A stretch of DNA of 64,000 nucleotides from NCBI GenBank assembly GCA_039621445.1, contig CP154954.1, positions 18,462,642 to 18,526,641 of the forward strand, written 5' to 3'. A model generated the notes under the pieces. It searched no databases. It was given only the letters and a program-made list of their open reading frames with translations, and was not told where the DNA came from. This document shows positions 52,698 to 64,000 of this stretch, piece by piece (the first letter of the stretch is position 1; each line of letters starts with the position of its first letter). This stretch comes from Euglena gracilis (lineage: Eukaryota). The position numbers and the translations under genes are program-made.

Positions 52698-53321
52698 CTG
52701 TGGCCTGAAGGGCGGTCGGCCAAAGCAGGCCGCTGGCTGTGGGGGCAAAGAAGCAGGGACCCGAAGGAGGGGGTTGGCCCCCACCCAACCCTCCACCCTT
52801 TGGGGGGCGGGGGACCTGCTCTCGGGGCTCTTAGGGTGTCGATTTTGGGGCCAAAATTTTTCAGTGTTTCGCCGAAAATAGAGAGAGAGGAAACCCTTCA
52901 AAGAATAGGACCACCCACTCCCCCCGCAAAATTTCCATTCAGCACCGAAGGAATTTTCGACGGCAAGGATTCAAAGGTTTTTAAGACATTTTCACTGCTT
53001 TTTATTAGGTTTCTGACAGTTGTTTTTAAGGTTCTGTTTTCAAGGTTTGTCCCAGGGCCCACTCGGCATCAAACGGGGTCGAAAACTTGAAGAAGAAGAA
53101 AAAGCCTCATTTTGGGGGGTTGGGAGGGACAGAAATGTTCCTGCGATGCCAGGAATCGTTTTTTTCTCTGGGGTTGGGCTTTTGTTAACGGAGATTTTTG
53201 CGACGTCATTTTTGCTCGGGTGAATTTCATTTTGCCCGAATAAAGTGATTAGGGTTTCTAGTATTTTAAAGCATTTTGGCCAAAAAAAATGAGGGTTGTC
53301 AAATGATACTATTGAGGCGAC

Positions 53322-55356
53322 CGTCAGGAGTCGGTAAGCAATGGTGTGTGTCCAATAGCTCTGACGAAAACAATGCATTGCCCATCGTGTTGTGGGCGTT
53401 ATCTCGGCAGAATCCCTCCGAGAGATTTCTTTTAAAAGTGTGGGTATCCCTCAAAAATCGCCCCTTCGAAATATGGGAAGGGGTGGGGGTACCCCACTCA
53501 CCATCCACAGGGTTTCGGGGATTCCCGCACAGCCCTGCGGACCAGACATACCTTTGGTGCACCCCCAATTGCATCCCCAACACGTGCATACCGGTGCGTC
53601 CCCACACGGGGACCTCCACCTGTGGTGAGGCCACAGTGGAGTAAAATGAGACTAAGGTCACCAGGGTCGAAAAAAGGAGGACATGGCGGTTTGCGATGAA
53701 CCAGCCCCTGCCCACAAAGTCCCTCCGAGAACTCTTGCGTGCTCGTTTGTAATAACTATCCACTCAAAGAGAGTAAATGGCACAAATGCTTGTCAGGGCC
53801 TGAAGGAAATAAAAAAAAAACCAACTCTGCTGTCCCAACACATGCAGCTAAAAAAAAACACAGGAAAAAAAATGGACAGGCATTTAGCATTTTCGGCGAA
53901 AACAGGTGGACACCATTGGGAAAACATTTTTTAATTGGTCTCTGGCATCTTTAGACCTTTGCCAAACCAGCCAAAACACCAAAAAACGCAATTTTCAACT
54001 TTTTGGTTTTCGACCTCATTCAAGGCCCAGACTGGACCTTGGTCGGCCCTTTAGCCTTTAGAGGAGGGGTGGTCCTTGAGAAATAAAATAAAATTCCCCG
54101 TCCCTTAAAGACTGCCCCGGTGCTTGGAGAGTCAACTTGTGCTGTCCATTATATGGCACCACGATACCATGGTGTATGATGCAGCAGAACTACCATGGGT
54201 CATCAAAGATCAGGATTTTTGATTGGGTTTACAAGGACACCTTGGCTATGTTTGCAAGAGGGCATTGCTGGAGGAATATTGAAATCAGGTTTTCAATACC
54301 AACTCTTAAAAGGAGTCCAGTCACTGGAGCAGGAAAGCATTTAACCATATAAATATTCAGTGTTTTTATGAATCACTGAAAATAAAACAAAGAAAGGCAC
54401 AAAACCTCCAAATACAGACATCAATGGGAAACTGCAGACAAACCATGCGGCAGTGCTGGTGGATTCTGTGCATGCCCACAATACGTAATAAATTCGGGGT
54501 AATCATAGACAACCACAGCAAAAACTTTGGAGGGCTCCAGTTCCGGGAAAAGCCACATTGGAACAATCAAACCAGTCGGCTGGCACTCCTGGTAAAAAAA
54601 ATAAACCCCTCGTGCCTGGTTGCCAGCCTCTCCCCAACCCACACACGCCGTCCCAAATCGGGGTTTCCGTCTCATTGTGGGGGCCATTTCTGCATTCATT
54701 CGCACAGAACGTTGCCGCCGGTGGTCTGGAGGCCTTCTTGGCCAAAATCCCACCGCAATGGGTGGTCAGACGATGGCACCGCCACAAACAGTGGCCAGAA
54801 AGGAAGAGTGCTGGGGGGGAGTGGGTTGGATACCGTCAGGATCAGCATCAACCATCCCCAACAAGAACCGCTTTCACAATTGCGCCTGTGGTTTTTGTGC
54901 TGGCGGAAAATGTGTCTGGGTTCTTATGGGAACGCCACTTCTGTTGGCCCCCATTCATCCCATCAACCACAAACCACTGTCCGGGGTCTCCCATGTTAAA
55001 CAAATCATGAAGAAATTGGGATGCCAACACACGGTGTGTGAGGCACACCGTGCGCAACCATGTGTCTTTCGATGAAAGTTGACTGGAAAAGTAATGGCAT
55101 TGAAAATTTGATTTCCTGCTATTATTTGTCTCTTGCATTGTTTTGTCACCTTTTTTTTTAAAAAAAAGTGACAAAAAAGTCAGGCATTGAAAGAAGGTGT
55201 GATACATATGGTGTGTCGGCATCCCCAATGGATAAACATGGGCCAACGTGCAGGCACCCATGCGCAGGCAGACCCATCCATTGGTCAAAAGTGGGGGGTC
55301 ACCGGGCATGTGGGGGGGTACAATGGGGAGTATAGTCGGTCTGGACCCCTGTGGTC
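53322..55356 (-). CDS. Candidate micro-exon chain 55356-55303, 53619-53592, 53534-53502, 53360-53322 (DHRGPDRLYSPLYPPTCP-VEVPVWGRT-GLCGNPRNPVD-ELLDTHHCLPTPD)
   Basis: Strong sites ccacAG/GTATGC and ccgcAG/GTGAGT around a 57-nt intron; all phases compatible; product unknown. Confidence 0.35.
53794..54119. mobile_element. hAT-like MITE, sister of 52393-52697
   Basis: CAGGGC / CTTAAAGACTGCCCCG; TSD ATGCTTGT/GTGCTTGG (6/8); collinear interior. Confidence 0.72.
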
Positions 55357-55836
55357 CTGATTATGTGGCCAGGAAGGGATGTGAAACCGACAGCTCAGGG
55401 AGAAACCTGGAACCTGTGTCAGGGACAGTGCGTCTGCAAAGCAAGTGGGGCACTTTGGGGCAGCAACTTGGCTCGCCGGCAACACACACAGAAACAGAAA
55501 GACTGCCAGACAGGCACACACAAAATAAAACACACACACACACACACACACGTGTGCGCACAAATAGACAGAAAGGGACACCACAAACACACATAGACAG
55601 AAAGGGACCACCCACCAACCAAACCTTCCCCACCCCCCCCCACAAACTTTGAAAAATCCCCGGTCCGACCATCCCAGCCACCAACAGGACCGCCGACCAC
55701 TAGGCAAAAAGCCAGAGGACAAGACGGCAGGGGCAAAGGTCGGTGGGGCCTCCAGTTACACACCAGCCGACTTTGACAGCCACACGACCCAACAACCAGC
55801 TCCCCCTCCTATCACTTTCCTCCACCACCCCAGGAC

Positions 55837-56131
55837 CAGGCCGTTCTTTACCAACCCCGGGGGGAGGGGGGGGGGGGGTCCGGAGTGCCTATGAGTGCCT
55901 GCCCAGGCAGGCACTACCCCGGGTCGGATGTCGGGGGGGGGGGTCGGATTTCGGCTGTGCCCAGGCACATTCCTTTGAAAATAGGCCATTTTTGGCTCCC
56001 TGGCGCCTTCGGCACCGGGTCTGTGCTAGGGCACTTTTGGACGTGTGCCCTACCCCCCCCCCGGGGGGGTTGATTTTTGTGCCTTGGAGTGCCTGCCCAG
56101 GCAGGCACCCCCCACCTTAAAAAAAAGCCTG
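55837..56131. mobile_element. hAT-like MITE (GCCTGCCCAGGCA family), uninterrupted
   Basis: CAGGCCGTTCTTTA / TAAAAAAAAGCCTG; perfect TSD CCCAGGAC. Confidence 0.88.
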
Positions 56132-56671
56132 CCCAGGACTGATCCTCTTCAGGGGAAAAAAACCAAATATCCAATGGAAAACAGAGAAGAAAATGGCGGG
56201 AATTATCGCAAAACCATCACCACATTTGAGGGGGGGAGTAGGCGGTGGGAAGGGGGGGAGGGGGGGAGAGCTCGACTTTCGGAGGAAGGAAAAGGCGATT
56301 TCTGGCATCCTTGGAGCATCGCAGATGCACCCAAACCTTCAAAAAATGCGCTTTTTGGCTTTGTGATTTTTGATCCCGTTCAAACTCCTTTACCAGCCAT
56401 TGGCCGGCCCTCAGGTCAAAGGGTGGTACTTAGTGAGGAAAAAAATCCTGTCCACAAGAACCCCCTTCCCAGACTGGGATTTTTTAAAGCACCTTATAAG
56501 ACCTTAAATGTCTTAAAACGCCCTAAAAACTTGAACTGGCAGAACTTTCCCGGGGGGGGGGGGGGGATTATTTTTGATTTTTGATTTCTGACATTCTTGG
56601 AACATTGTCCATCCAACCAAAGCTCAAAAAAATTTTACGCTGGAGCAGTCTAACAGCAAAAAGCTGGTCCA

Positions 56672-57055
56672 GTGCCCAAGCCGCTCTCGGGTCGCCCCTG
56701 GATCGTCTTCAAGGAGGCATCGAAGACGGAAGGTTGGCATGACCCTGAGCAGCCAATGGCTCTGAGGCTTCGAAATCGCTTTCCCAAAAAACCTAAGCGG
56801 AGTCAGTCAAACCCACCCCCCCTCCCCGTCTCAAGGTCCTCAGCCAAAATGACTCGGGGGCTGTGTTGGCTCCAACCACCCAGAAGGCCAGCGAGCCAAT
56901 GGGGTGGGGGGGGGGGGGCGTTCTTAAAAACAGCGTCACTCGGCCCAGGGGTGGAGGGGGTTCTCTCTCAGAGTGGTCCTCGGTCCTCAGTGGGGTCCAA
57001 GCCGTCAAGAGAGTTATCGCAGAGTTACCCGGGAGGCATCCCCTTGGGCAGCAGG
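56672..57055 (+). CDS. Two candidate exons (56672-56732, 56972-57055): VPKPLSGRPWIVFKEASKTE-EWSSVLSGVQAVKRVIAELPGRHPLGQQ
   Basis: tccAG and ttctctctcAG acceptors, GT donors, phase-1 join; GC3-rich. Confidence 0.25.
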
Positions 57056-58544
57056 GTCCACACGCCACACGTTCCAAAAATGCTCAAACAACTTCAACAA
57101 CAACAAGTTCAAAAATGCTCAAACAACTTCTGCAGTGTTGGGGATAAATCAAACAGTCGTTTTGAAAGGGTGGGGTTCGTTTGAAATTTGATATCTGTGA
57201 TATTGTGCACACGGGTAGGCCCCTGTCCGACGCAGCTGCACCGCTAGCTCTGCCAAGGCGCACCAGCAAAGAGAACAAACTATTGCATTTCCCCCAAAGG
57301 TGGAAATTGTGTGGTTTTCCGATTTTTTTTGCATGAGGAGTCCATCAAATATATGCAAATATATGAATTCCCAAAAAAGCAGCAGGAAATGTTTTCACGG
57401 TAATTTCTCGGCCAATTGGTGATGACAGGCTGGAGGTTAAGTTCTCAAGAGATGAAATTGCTTGGGGACGGAAGCTACATGGGAAACATTACCTCCCCCC
57501 CCCTTGTCGTTTGACACGCCACTGTTCAAGGAAAGTGCCGTTGATACGGGAAGGGGGGTGTGACGACACAGTACTATGGGGGAAAAAAACTGACAGTGCC
57601 AGCAACGATTGGCCTCCAATTATACCATTAGCCTCTCATACTGCACCAAATCACTGAATTCAAAGGGAAAACTTTGAAATTTGAGGCCAACGGCTGGGAA
57701 GAAGATCTCTTGGCTGAATTTCCTTAGAAACTATGGCCAGCGCAAAAAAAAAATTAGTTTTGTAATATAAATAATGAATAATAAAAATAAATGTTCCAGG
57801 AAAGTTCCATTAACACGGGGGCATGCCAACAGGGGTTTTCTTAGGGACCCCCCAGGGTGGTCCAGCAAAAAGGCTGCTGGCTGGAAATGAGCTGCAGGCT
57901 GGACCCCCCTCCGGGGGATAGGGGGGGGGGGGGCGGGGGCTGGGGGGGGTGGGGGTTGGCTGGGTCGATGACAAAAAATTCTAAAACATTTTTGCCTTCT
58001 CGACATTTTGATGGATGGAGCTAGATCAAGGCTGGGGGGCTGTGATGGAGGAAGGTGTGATGAGGGGGAAAAAATGCAGGGATGACCCCCCCGGGGATGG
58101 GGCACCCTCCGGCTTAAGAAAACCCCTGCATGCCAGCGACACGTGTGCCAACGACGGGGGGGGGGGGGGGATGGAGAGGGGGGGGGGGGGGGGGGGGGGA
58201 CCCCCCACCCGCCATGGACCAGAAGAAAACCAGGCGCTCCAGGCGCTGAAAGAACCTCGAATCGAACTGACCAAACATCGGCACCAGCTGAATACAGGAA
58301 GGCCTGGTGGGGATGGGAAACCCAACCACCGGGATGGGGGGGGGGGGGTCGACCATTCATCATCCATTGGGTTTTGGGGATCCTTATACAGCCCTTGGAA
58401 AATTGGATGTTCTTTAGCACTTGCATAATTTGAAGGGCCAAATTGCATATCCCCCCCCTGCCTGCCGGCCGGGGGCCAGCCGGATGCAGGCTGGCCAGCC
58501 AAGTGGGCTGCCCAGCTCACCTCCAGCCAGCCAGCAGCTCAAAG

Positions 58545-60107
58545 CAGGGGCAGGGAGATATTCTGGTCGGCCGAAGATTTTATTCCGGGGTTTTATTCCG
58601 GTTTATTCCGGAATTTATTCCGGTTTATTCCGGTCAATTTCTGTCTGAATGGACCCAGGATTTTTTTGAAGTGCAATTGGGCCGAGGCGTTCACCCGTCA
58701 CTTAGCACTTGGTGATGCGGGTCTGCACACCACAGCAGACCGCGGCCTTTTTGGGAAAAAAGCCGATGAAAATTGGTGCCAGGGTTTTTCTCTTGAGGCG
58801 GGTCCCTGAGACCGCTGTCTTTTTTCTTCCCAAAAATTGTCTCACCGAATGTCTTGGGCGGCCTAACTCGCACTTAGCTTTGAAAGTGTAAAATTGCGCC
58901 GACGCGCTTTTCGAACACCGAGGCCTGAGGTTCAGGACAATCCAAATTAGTGTCTTCCTACCACCCCCCCCCCAGGGCCTGGGGACAAAAGTAACAACTT
59001 GGAACTGTACGGTGCACGGGCACAGCGCTCCCCGGGCCCAGTGTGCATGACCCCAAAGCACCGGGTAATGAAACGAGGGAACACCATTGCGCAGTTGCGC
59101 CATAGCGCAACAATTTTTTTCATTCCAAAAAAAACACATTGCGCTTTGGCGCGATGTTTTTTTGTAATTCTGAATGTGGGGGATCATTGCGCACTTGCAC
59201 AATAACAACAACATATGCGTCAACATGTGTTTTCATTGCGCATCCGCCGAAGCGGACACCTCAGCAGGCAAACCTTCACGGACAGATCGCAGAGCCTAAA
59301 AAAGCAACAAAACGGGCCAAAAAGTCAACTGGCCTGTGTAGCACCATCTGGGGAACACAGTCAAGGCTTCAAAAATGAGGGAGACACAATGGAGTGTTGG
59401 CCCTTTTTGGGAAAATTCACGTGTCCTGGTGTTCAAACCCAGGGGTTTGAACCTTTTTTAACCTGGTGCACAGGCGGAAAAAACACCAAGGTTGTGGCTG
59501 TTCCCTGGGTCCCAACATCAGCAAATGATGCATGTGCCACCGTGGAGGGTCCCCACAGAACCAGAGGGCCAAAAGGGTGGGTTTCACCACCGGGCTTCAA
59601 AAAGAATGCAACGTTGCCCTTAAGCACAATGTAAAAATCAAAACCTTAAGTGCAAGTTAGGCCGCCTAAGTGTTATTACCCCCTGATTGAAGGACGATTA
59701 GCTTTGGCCAATGGGATCCCTGCCCCCAAAAATCAGCGTTGATATTGTCCTAGTCCATGCCCCTTTGGAAAAAACTCAGGGACAAACATTCACTAAGTGC
59801 AGCCCCACAAGTGGGGATAAAATCCAAACAAAGAATGCATTCAACCAGGGGGAGAAAATAGGCAAAGTAAAGGTGTGCTCCTGATATCAAGTGCCAATTG
59901 TGCTACTTGCGCTCTTTGTTGCTCTTGTGATTTTGAAACCTGAAAATATATCAAACTTCACCTTCATTGCCTTTGTGTCTTGCAGAATTTTCAAGCTATT
60001 GGCTGGCACTTTTATTCCGTTTATTCCGGTTTTTTCTGGCTTATTCCGGTTTTCGCTAGTCCGGTTTATTCCGGTTTATTCCGGACCAGAATATCTCCCT
60101 GCCCCTG
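58545..60107. mobile_element. 1.56-kb P-element-like non-autonomous transposon
   Basis: Perfect 24-bp TIR CAGGGGCAGGGAGATATTCTGGTC; subterminal TTTATTCCGG arrays at both ends; TSD CTCAAAG/CTCAAAT (6/7); no transposase ORF seen. Confidence 0.85.
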
Positions 60108-62501
60108 CTCAAATCCAGCCAGCAGCCCAAATTCGGGCTGGGAGCCTCCCCCCCCAGCGGGTCAAGTGAAATAAAGTTGGGTCCAGCCCGGCCGCAGGGG
60201 TGGGGGGAATATGCAACTGGCATACTTTGCATTTTTTTGCATAATCAGATTTTTTTGAAATTTGCATTTTTTTGCATTTTTTGCTTAATTTTTTTTGCCC
60301 TGGAAAAATGTTATGCAAAAAAAAGGACTTTTGTGCTGCATTCCTAGCATCAGGTATGCTCTCCATTTTCGTAAATGTCCTAAATGTCCGCTTTATTGAT
60401 GTTCAATGGTGACCTGGAGGGACGATTTGCTTAGAATGAACGTGCAGGTGCCATTCAGGTTGATTTTCAAAGCTTCAGTGCTTCCGTTGTCTTCCAGGAG
60501 GTCTTCTTTGTGAATCATTGACAGGTGCACCGGCATTGTCACATGTTTACGGATTTTAGGCAGCAAAACTCTGCTACATTCCAGCCTTTTCTCAGGGGTA
60601 TATGCAAGTTGCATTTTTTCTTTTTTTCTTTTTTTTTTTTGCATTTTTTGCATTTTTTTTTTTGAGCAAAAGAAGAGAGGACCCACCGAACATCCATGAT
60701 CGACCACCCTTTTGTCTCCCGATCCCGTCCACATCGCCCGCCATCAGCCTCAATGGTGTTTGAGGGCCTCAATGGTCCTTTCAGCTTTTGTCCCATTTTT
60801 TTGGCCAGTTTTGTTTGCGTTTAGGCTGCCTTTGGCTGCTTTTGGGCTGCCTTTGGCTGCTTCTGTGCGAATTTGACACTCTGAGCCCAATCTTGGCTTC
60901 TTTGGGAGGCAAGCCTATCAAACGCTGCTAAAAAAAAATGGCAAAATATGACCAAAAGTGACCAAAAAAAATTACCAAAAAAGAGCATAAAAAAAGCAGT
61001 CAAAAGCAGCCAAAAGCAGCCAAACTGGTCAAAGCTGGGCAACAATGGCCCAAAATGACAGAAAAAAAAAACAGCCAAAAATGACCAAAATTCGTCAAAA
61101 GTGGCTAAAAGCAGCCAAAATGGCCAAAAAATTGCTAAGTCAAAATATCAAAGAAAATGTCCAAAAATGTGCCGAAGGGGGGGAAAGCGACCAAAGCAGC
61201 CAAACCTGGCAAAGAAATAGGAAGAATGGCCAATAATGACCAAAAGTGTGAAAATATTTAACAATAGAAGCCTATCTATGGCCTCCATAAATCCTGCAAC
61301 GCCCTGTATCGCCTTCTGCAGCATCGAAGGTGCTTGGAACCCACCCCTAACAAGAGCACGACGGAGACTGGATGGATGTCAGCCCCACAGGAGGCTCAGG
61401 CTGGGTGCAGCGAGTCGGAGCACAGAGGCTTATGGGTGGCCCGCAAACCATTCTCCAGGAGGGACAGGGATGGCGTTAGACAGTGCCAGGGCTGCACAGG
61501 AAAGTCTGGTGGGGGGGATCTCCACCCAGGAGGTAGGGGGATCAACCCCCCCCAGCCACCACACAGCACCCGCTCAAGGAAAATTTTGACCAGAAAATCG
61601 GCGCTCCCGGAAATTGGGGGGGGGGGGGGTCAGACCCCCGACCAGGGGGAGGGTCGACCCCCCACCGCCACCCATAACCCCCACAAAAAATGAGACCCCC
61701 CCCAAATAAGACCCCCCCCCCGCCGACGCCAAAAAGTCTACCCAGGGTCTTATTTTTGGGGGGGGTTGGGGGTTTGGGCATTCCGGTACAACCCTGGTCG
61801 TCGCCCATAGCCCCGGGGCCCCCCGCAGCGGACAGGATGTGTGGTGCCAGACAGACAGGATTTGTGGTCCCATGTGTGGCAGGCAAATGGATGAGTGAAC
61901 GCGTTTGTCCTGGGCTGAGGACGCAAGTGCGACGTGTGGGCATGCAGCAGCACACTCGCGTGCAGCGTTCGAATGGTGCAATCAGCTCCAACGGTTGTGC
62001 AGTTCAAGCGCATCCCCTAATGGAAGCCCCATGCCCAGGCACATGCCCATATTGCAGGTATGTGTTTCCACCAACGACCATTAAGTACATGATGTTCACT
62101 TTTCGAGGCTTTCGCCGCCGCATCTCCACGTGGGCTTGCCGCACACCGGCCCCCCCTCCCCCGCCTCCAATCGAACCCAAGCACCCTCACCTCACCTCAC
62201 CTCACCCTCCAAGCGGTCCCAAATATGCACATTTGTACTATTACTCGTTAGCCGATGAGAAATCCACAGGGTCCTCACACCACCTACCTCTGGCATACCA
62301 TTCCAGACCGCCAACCATGCTTTTTTCAACAACAAAAAAACCTGAGGTGCCTTGTGCTATGGGATGCCTGCCCACAGCAGGCATCCCCCCACAGGATCCC
62401 AATGCTTGCTGACCAAGCCAGATTTCCTTTTGGGCCTTTTGGGGGCCCAGTGCCGAAGGCGGGCGGTGTGCCATCGCGCTGCCCAAGGCCCACCTCACAA
62501 C

Positions 62502-62968
62502 CAGGGTTTGATATGAGGACAGGTGGGGGGGGGGTCCGGACCCCCCTGCGGGCCGGGAGGGGGGGGGGGGGGGGGGGGTGGGGGGGACACCCCCCCACCT
62601 AAACAGTGGCGCGGTCCGGGTGACCGCGCCACTGACCGAATTTCGGACCAGGGACCGAATTTCGGCCCGGCGCTTTGCGCCGGGCCGGAAATTTTTGACC
62701 CCCCCAAAACGACACAAAGTGCAATTTTGGGCACTTTTTGGTGCTAAAATTTGCCAAAATGAAAAAAAAAATTCGGCGCAAAGCGCCGGAGGAAAAAAAT
62801 GACCCTTTTGGGGGGGGGCCGGTCCCCCCCCCCCCAGGGTTCAACCCGACCCCCCTGGGAAGGGGGGGGGGGTGGGCCGGGCCCCCCCCCCGCAGGCCAG
62901 GAGGGGGGGGGGGGTGGGGGGTACACCCCCCACCTAAACCATGTACGCCCTCCTTTTATCAAACCCTG
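62502..62968. mobile_element. hAT-like MITE, sister of 43084-43508
   Basis: CAGGGTTTGATATGAGGA / TCCTTTTATCAAACCCTG; perfect TSD CTCACAAC. Confidence 0.92.
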
Positions 62969-64000
62969 CTCACAACCCCACCCCACAACCCAACCCAACC
63001 CCCCCCCGGGGGTCAAAAGTGCCCCCCCCCTGGCCTGCCCACATCACCCCCCGGGGGAGGGTCGGGCGAACTTCCCTTTGCCTGGCCCTGACTCCCCCCG
63101 GGAGGGAGAAAAAGCCTACCTGCAAGGAGGGGGAAACTGTCCAGCATTCGGTTGCCAGGCATTTAAATTTTCGCAGTTTTGGATTTGTCTCGTTTCCTAT
63201 GCATTCTTTTGAAGTGCTGGTTTTTCGTACCCGTTTTTATGCAGTTTGCTCCTTCTGCTGCCAGTTCAGGAAACCTCTCCCCCCCCCTGCCAAAAACAGC
63301 CTGCCTGGGAGGCCTTAATCGCGGAGGTGGAAGGGGGCAGCTCAGGGAAAGCAGGCTTCTTTAAAAGAGTGCATCATGAGTGTGCTATGGACAGGTAGGC
63401 AGGAGAAGGACCATCGGATGCGCTATGGACGGGCTCGCATTTTCGGTGTCATATTTTCCGCCATAGCATTCTCATCAAAACAACAATGTCCCCGGCCCCA
63501 TCGGCTCATGCCCCGGAATGGCTTGGCTGCAGAATGGGGAACTGTTGGACCTTGACCAGCCCAAAAATTACTCAAAAGGTTGCACAACATTGCGAAGGAA
63601 AAGACATATCCCAGCCCCCCCCCCACCTCCCCCCAACGAACTGCAGTGGCACACTGATAGTCGTTGTTACTGTCCCATTGAGGCATGCTACGCCAGGGGG
63701 GGGGGGGCAATACAATGCAGTGTCAGGCCCTTGGCCTCGGTCAAGAGGTCAGCCAGACCCAGGGATGTGTGAGAAGCCCAGAGGAGGGGGGGGGGGTCAG
63801 ACCAACCTTCAAACGCAGGAAGGGGGCGGGGGGGGGGGGGGGCCTCCCCATTCGACAAGGAAATTGTTTCGGCTGGCTTGTCCGACTGCTTTGAGTTCCT
63901 GAAAACAACCGCTCATTCCAATGCTTTCCACACCACATTTTCCATTGAAATATCAATATCCCCAATCAGGGTGTTCCTTAACGACCTTGGGGGGGGGGGT

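Noticed and set aside
54660-54790. MULE/FAR1 SWIM-adjacent motif (FCIH...KIPPQWVVRRW)
   Set aside because: The two pieces are in different frames, the CxC pair is missing and no DDE core is visible
58420-60663. One element formed by the CAGGG ends at 58460 and 60194
   Set aside because: The ends face outward; they are two separate truncated copies of the 44832-45282 family

Overview
Eukaryotic, repeat-dominated nuclear DNA. I see no recognisable long ORF, rRNA, tRNA or CRISPR array, and almost all ORF-track entries are translations of repeats. TTAGGG telomeric motifs, long G/C homopolymers, micro-exon-like islands and dense MITEs suggest a euglenid (Euglena-like) genome; this is inference only. 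The best-supported content is about 20 short non-autonomous TIR elements whose ends and target-site duplications (TSDs) can be read directly. They fall into three classes: (i) CAG...CTG ends with 8-bp TSDs (hAT-like, several families, some nested); (ii) CAGGG ends with 7-bp TSDs (P-element-like); (iii) GGCA...TGCC ends with 8-bp TSDs, hairpins inside the TIRs and inward-facing telomere-like repeats (Merlin-like), often inside (TA)n. Paralogous empty sites in the window confirm three insertions. Two paralogous minus-strand coding exons (4503-4611, 38959-39066) show a strong synonymous bias; other exon chains are tentative. Most interesting: CAG...CTG plus an 8-bp TSD reproduces the 3+5 geometry of euglenid nonconventional introns; a telomere-repeat-bearing foldback MITE family; and a pure (CCCTAA)12 tract at an inversion breakpoint.
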